From Cladosporium halotolerans (lineage: Eukaryota): a DNA stretch of 24,552 nucleotides. How positions within the stretch are numbered: position 1 is the first letter of the stretch; each line of letters begins with the position of its first letter. The notes under the pieces are model-generated. The model saw nothing but the letters and a program-made list of their open reading frames with translations. It had not been told where the DNA came from and did not search any database. Shown piece after piece: positions 12,103-21,192 of the stretch. The DNA is taken from assembly GCF_011745625.1 (NCBI RefSeq), contig NW_027191496.1:124001-148552 (forward strand). Reading direction: 5' to 3'. The translations under genes and the position numbers were made by a program.

Positions 12103-13002
12103 ATGTCGGACCCCAAAGAGGATGATATAGACGCTCTCCGCACCCGCTGGACAGACCTCTACGCCACACGCCTGCCTGCTCTAGCGAAGTCGCGAGATCC
12201 CGTGCAGCCCGAATGGCCCGTTCACTTAGACCACTGCTTCGCGCGAATCGTGCTGGACAATGCAGTTGGTTTGGACAAGCCGTGGAACCAGGTTCTCAAA
12301 GCCCCTGCTGTGCGCAACATGACTCTGAACCAGTTGCGAGACGCGCTGGCGTTGGGAGAGAAAGTGGCGAATGGGGAGGCTGATCTTGTGGAATTGGATC
12401 AGAGGAGTCTTGATCTGCGATCGAAGAATCATAAGAAGCAGACGGCTTCTGCGGTGAAGTCCGGGAAGGGCGAGAAGAGGAAGGCTGATGGGTCGATATC
12501 CAAGTATTTCGCGCCGTCGCCGGATTCGCCGCAGAAACGCGTCAAGCCGGATCCAGACGGCATCCGCGAAGACAAGAAAACCATCGTCGACTCGAAAGAC
12601 TCAATTGGCGACAAAAAAGACCCCGGAATGGCCGATCAACTCGCCCGGATCTCATCGTCCAAAACCCTAACGCCCTTCCGGAAAAAAACGCTCTCCCTCC
12701 TCTGCCACATCCCACGCGGCCGATACAGCACCTACCAAGCCATGTCCGATTACATCACAGCAACTTCACACAAGACGTGCGCTCGCGCGGTCGGCAACGC
12801 TATGCGAAATAATCCGTTTGCGCCAGAAGTCCCGTGCCATCGGATCTTGAGCTCCGATGGATCGATCGGTGGATTCGGAGGGCACTGGGGCGAGGAAGGC
12901 AAGTACGCGGGTAAGAAGAGGGACTTGCTTGCTGAGGAGGGCGTCAAATTCGATTCGAATGGGAAGGTGAAGGGCCCGCCTTTTCGGGAGTTTGGGAAAT
13001 GA
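12103..13002 (+). CDS. O6-alkylguanine-DNA alkyltransferase (MGMT/Ogt C-terminal domain) fused to an uncharacterised N-terminal domain; 299 aa
   Basis: C-terminal TPFRKK...IPRGRYSTY...ARAVGNAMRNNP...VPCHRI...GGF...KRDLLAEEG gives the HTH, the Arg finger and the PCHR active site (Cys245). Likely start is the ATG at 12103; the upstream part of the 11860 ORF looks non-coding. Confidence 0.9.
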   Translation: MSDPKEDDIDALRTRWTDLYATRLPALAKSRDPVQPEWPVHLDHCFARIVLDNAVGLDKPWNQVLKAPAVRNMTLNQLRDALALGEKVANGEADLVELDQRSLDLRSKNHKKQTASAVKSGKGEKRKADGSISKYFAPSPDSPQKRVKPDPDGIREDKKTIVDSKDSIGDKKDPGMADQLARISSSKTLTPFRKKTLSLLCHIPRGRYSTYQAMSDYITATSHKTCARAVGNAMRNNPFAPEVPCHRILSSDGSIGGFGGHWGEEGKYAGKKRDLLAEEGVKFDSNGKVKGPPFREFGK

Positions 13003-13552
13003 TGAGGGGCTATGTTCTTCTGGCTCCCGTCACTTCACCGGTGAAAGATCGAGCATTGACATACTCATCATGAACATAGCAAGGTGGAGATCCGGCATGC
13101 TCAAATTCATGCCGCACACTTTATGCAGCGTGACTCTCAAACGGGCAACACATCCCGCGGACTGAGTTTCCATAGTGGGTCGAACGTGGGGAGAATCTGG
13201 GGTCGACATCTTCGAAGAAGGCGATCTTCTAAGCGCTAGCAGCACTCTATTGGCACACAAAGCAACGCTGCAGGTGGTCTATAGATGTTGCCGCCCCTCA
13301 CTTGCAGCTATAGAGCCCGGAGCCTCTTGCCTCACTACGAGAAAAAAGATGGATCCCGCGCCGTCTATTGCCTCTCTGCGACATGGCAGCAATAGATCCG
13401 AGGGATCGTCCATTACTGTACCCCGCCTGTGTATTGATGGAGACGTCGAATTACGGTACCAAGAGAAGGAACGCAGCCGGCCTATAACTGACCTCGAACC
13501 TCACTGATCCATCCCTCAACGAAATGGTTCTCACAACAATCAAGACACAAAA

Positions 13553-14572
13553 ATGGCAACAGCCGTCCAACCCACCCCTCGCCCCGCGCACGAGCTCGTC
13601 TACGAGCCCGAACAACTCCCCAAACTCCGCTCAAACTACGGCGCGTACCTCCAAGATGCCAATGTCGGCTGGATGCGCCCGACGCCCATCGACACGCCCA
13701 TGGCCGAGATGCGCCGCCGCTTCGACGAAGACGGCTACGTGTGGGTGAAGAACGTCATGCCTCGCGAGGACGTGCTGGACATGCGCCAGTCGTACTTCGA
13801 GCAAATGGCTCCGACGGGGATTCTCAAGCCGGGAACCTCGCCGCGCGATGGGATTTTCGACGAGCGTGAAGATCCGATTGCTCACAATGGCGTGGGCGGG
13901 AGGGATCTGCCTGAGGCTGTTGAGAGAGTCAATAAGCTCACCGAGGCGCACGCGCATCCTTTTTACCTGGCTTTCCTCGAGCATCCGAAGTTGAGGCAGT
14001 TCGTGCGCGAGTTCATGGAGTGGGAGAAGGACGTGCTCGTGAAGAGGACGTTGCTGAGGCACAATGTGCCCAACGGTCTTTCGACCGGAGTGCATTACGA
14101 CCGCCTTTTTCTGCGTGCCGGCGAGGCGGAGTTTCTGACTGCTTGGGTCCCCATTGGAGACGTCTCAGCCATCGGTGGAGGGCTCGTGTACCTCGAGCAC
14201 TCGGATGATCTAGGCCGTCGAATGGAAGCGGAGTTCATGGAGAAGAACATGGAGTTGCCACCTGAAGAACGCATCTCTGGCTTCAATCTGAACATGGCGA
14301 GGGACGGCCAGCTGACGCATGATATGGAGAGCTACACCAGAGATCTCGAGAATGCGCAGTACAGGGGTCAGTCTCCTCGCAAGTGGTTGGTTGGCAATTA
14401 TGAGGCTGGAGACGTCGTCTTCCACAACCCCTATCTTCTCCACGGCGCCACGAAGAACGAGGATCCTTCCGGTCGCATCAGGTTGTCGACGGATCTGAGA
14501 TTCTACGAGGAGGGTGCTCCCCTGGACACAAGATGGATGCGCCAAGTCTGGTCGCCAGACGATGGGCTTTGA
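13553..14572 (+). CDS. Phytanoyl-CoA dioxygenase (PhyH) family Fe(II)/2-oxoglutarate dioxygenase, 339 aa
   Basis: FDEDGYVWVKNVM, HxD motif (GVHYD), LTAWVPIGD..GGGLVYL, EAGDVVFH...LLHG, RIRLSTDLRF. Start context AAAATGG. Confidence 0.9.
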   Translation: MATAVQPTPRPAHELVYEPEQLPKLRSNYGAYLQDANVGWMRPTPIDTPMAEMRRRFDEDGYVWVKNVMPREDVLDMRQSYFEQMAPTGILKPGTSPRDGIFDEREDPIAHNGVGGRDLPEAVERVNKLTEAHAHPFYLAFLEHPKLRQFVREFMEWEKDVLVKRTLLRHNVPNGLSTGVHYDRLFLRAGEAEFLTAWVPIGDVSAIGGGLVYLEHSDDLGRRMEAEFMEKNMELPPEERISGFNLNMARDGQLTHDMESYTRDLENAQYRGQSPRKWLVGNYEAGDVVFHNPYLLHGATKNEDPSGRIRLSTDLRFYEEGAPLDTRWMRQVWSPDDGL

Positions 14573-14735
14573 ATGGCACGTGGTCGACGCGGTCGCGTCT
14601 TGCATTCCGGCGCGCTGGAGGGGCGACCAAACATGTGAAGCACATAATCGATGTCTATTACGACTCTTGCAGAACGTCAGTGTTCACTTTGAACGAACTC
14701 ATCACCAAAAAAAAAAGCCTCAAAGTCCCATCAAA

Positions 14736-15408
14736 ATGCTCCGACTACTCTTCGTCAGCATCGCCTTCTGGGCGGCCATCGCAACCGCACAATCCACAAC
14801 AACCGCATCTTCATACAGCCAACCGCCCAGTACGTCACCCTCCCCTCCATCAAAGAACCTCAACTCACCGCGTCCCAGAACCCGAATCGCCCCAAGACAA
14901 CCCGCAGGGCAACAACCTGATCAAGCCCGTCTCATACACCTACGCCTTCACCGTCACAACCCCCACGACCGCCTGGGGCACGCCCACGTTCCAGACCCCC
15001 GCCCCGATCCCGCCCTGCTCGAACGAGATGTGCCCCGAGCTCAACCTGCAGACCTGCCAGGACGAGATGGGCACCTCGTACGGCGTGCTGTGCGACACGC
15101 ACCTGAGCGGCATCGTCATCACGACGAGCGGCAAGCGCAAGCGCGGCGACGGCGAGGACGCGGAGCGCGAGCTGCACGAGGCTTCGCTGGCTGCCGGGTC
15201 GCTGGGCGAGCGCGAGGCGGACGGCGAGCTGGACGCCAGGACTTACACGCGCACGTTCATGGGGTGTGCGGATTACTGCGGCATGTTCGACGTGAGCAAC
15301 TGTGTCGGGGTGAGTTTCAATGCGGGGTTTGAGGGGAATTGTCAGGCGCTCGCGTCGATTGATGGGTCGTTTGTGGTGCCGGGGGAGATTGCTGCTGTGA
15401 GGATGTGA
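14736..15408 (+). CDS. Small secreted Cys-rich protein (207 aa, 8 Cys), PAN/apple-like; join(14736..14829,14879..15408)
   Basis: Signal peptide MLRLLFVSIAFWAAIATAQ. A 49-nt GTACGT...CAG intron joins the two ORF-track frames. Cys pattern CP...C....G..YGVLC ... F.GC..YC......NC.GVSF......NC. Confidence 0.82.
14830..14878 (+). other. Spliceosomal intron (49 nt)
   Basis: GTACGT donor, CTCAC branch-like motif, CCCAG acceptor; restores the frame. Confidence 0.8.
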
Positions 15409-16542
15409 GGGAAGTTGAGGTAGCCGGGAGGTGGAGATGGGAGCTGGAGGTGTCCTTTGGAAGGTGTTGGGCGTAGACGGGGTTGTTTCAGCTACATGAG
15501 CTCCGGTATTCACGTACGTTCCGAGTAGCCGTCCAATGATATATGAGTGCCGGCCTCGTCGGAGAGAAAGCGAATTAAGATTGGTGGCTGCGTGCTAAAA
15601 AGCATGGTGTCGCGTTCGAGACGAACCTTGAGTAGTCCCTGCGCACAAGCAAAGCCGAGGCCATGCTTGACCCGTGACAAGTCTCCCACCCGTCTGTCGT
15701 CGCCCCGTCCTGACGATCTCCAGGTAGCGAGTTGTTTCGCCTTACAAGGCACGCGGACCAGATCGTCGCCGCTATTGTTGCATGGGGATCTCAACCGTGA
15801 CCCCTAGATCGCCATGCGTTGCACACGTGCTGCCTCCGCAACATCGCACGCCCTTGCCCCCGTCACAGCTTGACGATGCTTTTCATTCGGATGGCGTCAA
15901 TCTCCCAGGCGCCGCATCCGTCTGCGCGTTGAGGCCTGCAGCGATAATGGGCTGGTAGCCTAGCAGATGCGTGGTGGCAGAAAGCCAATGGGAGGGATTC
16001 CTCAGGCACGTGGAAGGGCGACAGCCGACGCTCCACAGGCCGACGGAGCCCGCACGCTTCCTCCTGCCCCTCCAGCCCCTCCTGCCCTACCATCACCCAA
16101 CGCGCTGCCTGCAAAGGCGAAGGGGCATGCAACACCCTCGCTTACCGGCGCCTGGCGGCCGGTGTGGGCACCTTCAAGCATCGCCCTTTGGGGCTTGCCG
16201 TTCTTCCACCCTCTTGGCCGTCGCCTACGCCTCGCTTGGCATGGCACAGGAACGCCTTCTTCATAGCCTTCCCATAGCCTGAGGTTCAGCCTGCGCGTGG
16301 CGCTGACAGATCCCCTGCCGTCGCCTTGCACAGCCCTCGCGTTTCTTTGCTTGTCATATCTATGCGTCCGTAGAGTGTCTCCAGTACCTGAACAGCTCGT
16401 TCACAACCACCAGGCCTCTTCGACCCATGCCTGTGCTGCATTGACCCAGGCCCCCAGGACAAGGGTGGTCTCCACTCGCCTTACCAGAGCAGACCGGACC
16501 AGAACAGCTTGAGGCCGCTGCGCGGCTCGACCAACCGCTACC

Positions 16543-18966
16543 ATGGCCATGACCCCGTCGATCGGAGACATTCTCATGCTGTCGCAGACGGCCTGGAGAA
16601 TCGGGAGGGCCTTCACGCAGGGCAAGAAGAGCGCACCCGCAGAATTCGCCGAGATCGAGCGCGAAGCCAATGGCCTCAGCGAGGCCTTGAAGCTCGTCGC
16701 CGAAACACTCCACTCCGACGGGAGCGTGCTCGACAAAGCCGAAGATGCCACGAAAGCAGCAGTGGCGGCGATCTTGGAAAGTGCTCAGAGAACGCTCAGC
16801 GATCTCGAGAGCTTTGTGGAACGATACCGGATCATCCGGAGAGAGCAGACGAGCGGCGGGTTTGTCGCTGAGAGCCGTACTTGGAGTGACGTGGTCCTTG
16901 CTAATTACAAGACGCTAGCATGGACGACCGAGGGCGGCAATATCTCTGCCCTCAGAGACATGCTGCATGTGCATACAAGCACGATCAACTTGACCATGCA
17001 GGCTTTGCAGACGAGGTCTCTGAAACGACTGGAGAAAGTCGTCATGCCCATGGCTGAGAACGTCGCGAGCATCCACGATCGAGTCAATGGAGACCTTGGC
17101 GACAAGATCGACGAGCTCCACCACATCATCACCTCTGTTGTTAACGGGACGCCAGCTTTAACAGCGCGGGACGGCCATTATCGACTCAACAGCACAGCGT
17201 CGAACGGAACGACATCGACGATCGAGCTGATGACCAACGAACAGCGCCTAATCGAGGGCTCTAACACTGATCACGACTCGATACTTCCAGGACGCCAACT
17301 CGACCTTCAAGTCTCTCGCGCTTCTGCGAACTCGAGCTACGTCGATGTGTCCGCGAACCCATGGAGGGAGACTTCTGTCTCCGATCAACCCCACCCTCTC
17401 TACTATCGGGAGCCTGGGAATAGCGGGATAGACTGGGCTTTCGAAAGCGGAGCGCCACCTCCATCATCCTCGAGTATCAGCGACAGGTTCGCTGGCAGCT
17501 TAGCAACGACGGCTGTCCCTAGCCCAGAATCAATCTCTATGAGACCGGAGCGATATCCTCTTCACCATCACCGGACGTCGAATATGCCCCGACGGGAATC
17601 CACCACACTGCCTGATCTGTTCCGCGCAACCACCGTTGACAATGCTCGAGAGGGGGCCCGGAGAGAGTCCAACCTTACGTGGACACCACCTGAATCTCCT
17701 GCAGCAAAGCGCAGGGTAGATTCGAAATCCCCGTCTGATGAACAATTACCGCCTCCAGCGCTATCTCCTCGAGGATCGCAGAACGGATGGAACCCGCCAG
17801 CCACCCCTGCGTCATTCATCAGCTCAGGCTCTTCCCAGCGCTATAATAGCAGAGCAGCCCAATCACCACGAATACCCTCTGATGCACGATCGTTCACACA
17901 AAACAGCAAGCACTCGTCCGTCGCGACTTCACCAAGTATCGGCCCCATGGGATCGCAGCCCCTAGGTCCCTCGGGCTCCTCTGCTTTCGAGAAAGCCCTC
18001 TTCCGAAACGCAGCAATCCTGTGCGACGTGCGGTGTACGCTAGTCGAATACGCCCAACACAACCCAGACGAACCCGATCCCAGGTTCGACACAGAAATGG
18101 TCCCCGCCTGCCACGACGCCCGAGTCTACGTAATCCGCAAGCGCGAAAACCGCGAGAACGGCGGGACGAGAGTCGTCGCGTCCGTCTGGGCCATCTCCGA
18201 CGACGGCGAAGTCCGCTGCCAGCAGAAACTGCCCGAGTACACCGACACAGTGCCCTACTGCTCCTTCTTCGAGCCCGAGAAAGTCGCCATCCCGCCCGCC
18301 GCCAACGAGCCCGAATCGACCCTCCGCTTCCACGCGCGCGAATGGGGCCAACGCGAGGAGAAAGACCTCAAGACGAAGTGGACCAACTACGTCTTCGAGA
18401 CCGAGAAGGCCGCCGCCGACTTCCAGTCCGCCGTCTTCGGCCGCCAGCTCCTCGGCTCCTTCCGGACGGTCAAGACCTGCGTGCTCCACGAGGGCCTCAA
18501 GGGCGCCTTCGCGTTCGAGGAGCAGTTTGCGAACATCGAGGTGCTGCGCATCTGGGAGGACGACGGCGTCAATACCCCCGGCGCGGCCGGCGGCGTCATG
18601 GCGCTGCTGCACATGGGCGGGAATTTCGGGCAGGGCTGGGCGAGGTGGTGGATGAACTCTTCGCGGCAGATGGTAAGGGTCAAAGATGAGAACAACAAGT
18701 TCGCGAAGCTGAAGGGGATCGATGTGCGAGTGCTGAGGCCGCCTGAACAGGTTAAGAGTGGGGCGGGGGGAGGTGGGGTTAGGTCGCCTACCGCTGCGGG
18801 AGATCTTCCGACGAGAAGGGCGAGTGATGGCAGGGGAGGGAAGAAGGGGCCTGAGAGGAGCGTTACGGGCGTGAGGGTGGAGTTCAAGACGGAGGACGAG
18901 AGGGCGCGGTTCGTGGCGCTTATGAAGAGGGTGCAGGAAAGGGTGCTGCCGTTGCCGGATATTTGA
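16543..18966 (+). CDS. 807-aa protein: HeLo-like/SesA-like helical N-terminal domain, disordered S/P-rich middle, folded C-terminal region (possibly tandem PH-like)
   Basis: The N-terminus SIGDILMLSQTAWRIGRAF...APAEFAEIERE...L...L resembles the fungal STAND N-terminal (HeLo-like) pattern 'SVGDF...LAW....APGEF'. Single long ORF with ACCATGG context. No P-loop seen. Confidence 0.8.
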   Translation: MAMTPSIGDILMLSQTAWRIGRAFTQGKKSAPAEFAEIEREANGLSEALKLVAETLHSDGSVLDKAEDATKAAVAAILESAQRTLSDLESFVERYRIIRREQTSGGFVAESRTWSDVVLANYKTLAWTTEGGNISALRDMLHVHTSTINLTMQALQTRSLKRLEKVVMPMAENVASIHDRVNGDLGDKIDELHHIITSVVNGTPALTARDGHYRLNSTASNGTTSTIELMTNEQRLIEGSNTDHDSILPGRQLDLQVSRASANSSYVDVSANPWRETSVSDQPHPLYYREPGNSGIDWAFESGAPPPSSSSISDRFAGSLATTAVPSPESISMRPERYPLHHHRTSNMPRRESTTLPDLFRATTVDNAREGARRESNLTWTPPESPAAKRRVDSKSPSDEQLPPPALSPRGSQNGWNPPATPASFISSGSSQRYNSRAAQSPRIPSDARSFTQNSKHSSVATSPSIGPMGSQPLGPSGSSAFEKALFRNAAILCDVRCTLVEYAQHNPDEPDPRFDTEMVPACHDARVYVIRKRENRENGGTRVVASVWAISDDGEVRCQQKLPEYTDTVPYCSFFEPEKVAIPPAANEPESTLRFHAREWGQREEKDLKTKWTNYVFETEKAAADFQSAVFGRQLLGSFRTVKTCVLHEGLKGAFAFEEQFANIEVLRIWEDDGVNTPGAAGGVMALLHMGGNFGQGWARWWMNSSRQMVRVKDENNKFAKLKGIDVRVLRPPEQVKSGAGGGGVRSPTAAGDLPTRRASDGRGGKKGPERSVTGVRVEFKTEDERARFVALMKRVQERVLPLPDI

Positions 18967-19511
18967 GCTTTGTCGTCGACTGCGAAGCCGGGGAAGCTCT
19001 GCATGTTTCTCTTAATGCATATTTTGGGGTTGATGCTGCTGCTGTTGGATTGTAGGATACCCGGTCACAGTATTGAGTCGCTCCCAGGGGCCGCAAGACG
19101 TGTAGGAATGGTAACGATGCCGAAGAAGCTGGCTGCCGTTGGATTGATTGATACAAGATCATAGCATTGAATCGCTCTCAGGAACTGCGGAATGTGTATG
19201 AATGGAATCAACTTTGAAGACCAACCTCATCCCACGAACAGTCCATCACTGATATCCTGCACCGCTCGCTCACTCACTCGTTCACCCTCTCCCTCACTCT
19301 CGATCAGGTACACCGGTCCAGCGACTGAGTTGAGCTGGATAAAGCAATCACATGATCTCAGTCGTTGACTCGTCTGAACGATCGTTTTGAATCCTCAGTT
19401 GAGTTGATATCTTCATTACAGTGAGGCCGCTCACCATCACTCTTGCTTTCAGATCCCCGTTTTGAAGTCACATGCGGTTGCTATCACAAGCTTGCGGCGG
19501 CCAGGCTCGCC

Positions 19512-19519
19512 TATATAAA
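19512..19519 (+). promoter_or_regulatory. TATA box upstream of the caspase-like gene
   Basis: TATATAAA followed by a CT/CA-rich tract typical of fungal core promoters and 5' UTRs. Confidence 0.55.
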
Positions 19520-19845
19520 GGTCTCTTCCTGTCCTAATCTTTCTGATCTTTTACACCAACCTCGAACCCTCTCCAACTCCAACCTCCTACTCTCTTTCCC
19601 ACAAATACAATCTCCACCAACAACTTCTACCAATCTCCAAATTTCGTTCCACAGGGATAGTCTCTCAAAACAACTTCTACCAACATACTGACATCAAAGA
19701 TCAACACCATACCACAGTACCTTCTACCTCACGCCCTGTTCTCCCTCACAACCAATCTAGGATGCAAGCATAACCGGACACGGCTCCCAGACAAACTTGT
19801 TTTCTGAACTCGAACGGTAAAGTCAACAAAATACCTCTGATCGAT

Positions 19846-21192
19846 ATGCCTCCCGTATCACAACCGCCGCCAGCCACCTTGGGCCCCAGGTACCCTGGAT
19901 GGACCAAAAAAGTGTGCAATATGCCATTAACCCAAGTGACTCGTTTTGGCAGAGTCGTCGTACTCATTATCGACGATGTTACTCGAGGAGGGGACGAACA
20001 TCGTGAACTTCCTGATCGCGGTGCTGATGAGCACCGCCGCAAGTGTATCTACATCTACGAGTTATTCACCAACTGTTTCCGGAGATGCGAGGTCATCAGT
20101 GTGCGGATGCAGCCACATGACAGAGAGCGGCAATTTACACAGTTTATCGAGCAGCAACTTCGACAGTTGAACAGCGGGGATCTTGCCATCTTCTACTTCC
20201 ATGGCGCTGGCGGAGAAGAGCGTAAGGACTACACTTGGTGAGAAATTTTAGAATCACAATACGTTCTGGAATCTCTAAGCAACTAACAGCGATTCAGGAC
20301 CTTCAGAGGACCAGGCCCAAACAAGATCAATGCCTACAACTTAATCGAGCAAGCAAACCGCTCCGCAGCAGACTGCCTCTTCATCCTTGACTGCTGGGTC
20401 CCCACCCGTTTGAAAAGCGCGAAATGGAAGCGAGAAAATCACATGACAGAGTTCTACATTGCCGGGGCCCCAATGCACAATGGTGATGGGCGCACCATCC
20501 AAGGCCCCCAGAATTACACGGAAGCACTCTGCAGAACACTTCGCGGTCTCCGTACCGAACCGGACAGTAGGCCGAATCGGAAGAGAATAGCTGCAAAGAC
20601 GCTACACGAGCTCATGAAGTCGGATAAGACATTGGCAACAAAGCCGATGCGCATCTGCACGAGCATGCCTGCTGAGGGGTCCAACAAGCGTGTTTGGCGG
20701 TTTGTGATTGAACCAGAGTTTGTGATGAGGGATGGCAAGTTGGAATTTTACAAGTGTGAGATTCAGAACGAGAGAACTGACCAAGGATTACGACTGGAAA
20801 ATAGAGGAGATGGCAACGATGAGGGTGGTGGCAATGGTGTTGGCAGAGACGACGACCATGAAGACGACGCGAGGAATCACTTCAACGGCGATAGCTCTGA
20901 TGGCGGCAACAATGGAGGCGACAGCAACCGATCTCGACGCGATGTCGGGAGGCGCCATGGCACACGTGGATCGAAACGAGCGTGTTCTTACCCTCCGAAC
21001 GACAACTATAGCAAGAAATTCAAAACGTCACCTTCGCCCTTCACCGGGAAACCGATCAAGCGAGAGCCGACGGACTCGCCTGGTCCTGAAATCACATCTG
21101 AGAATCTCTCGCAATTCACGAGGGGCAGTACCAGAGACGATGCGATTGATCTTGTGGCAGAAGAAGAGCAGTATGACTTACTTTGTGTATGA
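19846..21192 (+). CDS. Caspase-fold (peptidase C14-like) protein with degenerate catalytic motifs and a disordered G/D/N-rich tail; join(19846..20237,20298..21192), 428 aa
   Basis: The spliced product has, in order, RVVVLIIDD, DLAIFYFHGAG, ADCLFILDCW, TEFYIAG and GPQNYTEALCRTL. These parallel the fungal caspase-like motifs V.VLLL.W, LLIVYY.GHG, DVLLLLDCC, ELLAAC and SFT.AL...L. Confidence 0.72.
20238..20297 (+). other. Spliceosomal intron (60 nt)
   Basis: GTGAGA donor, CTAAC branch at 20283-20287, TTCAG acceptor; TG|G gives Trp and links the two ORFs in frame. Confidence 0.85.

Noticed and set aside
15510..16512. Short ORFs between the secreted gene and the HeLo-like gene
   Set aside because: No consistent codon bias, motifs or splice structure; promoter/5' UTR.
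19322..19364. 8-bp inverted repeat cgactgag/ctcagtcg near a CTCA/CTCG-like microrepeat
   Set aside because: Too short for a MITE or TIR call; no target-site duplication seen.
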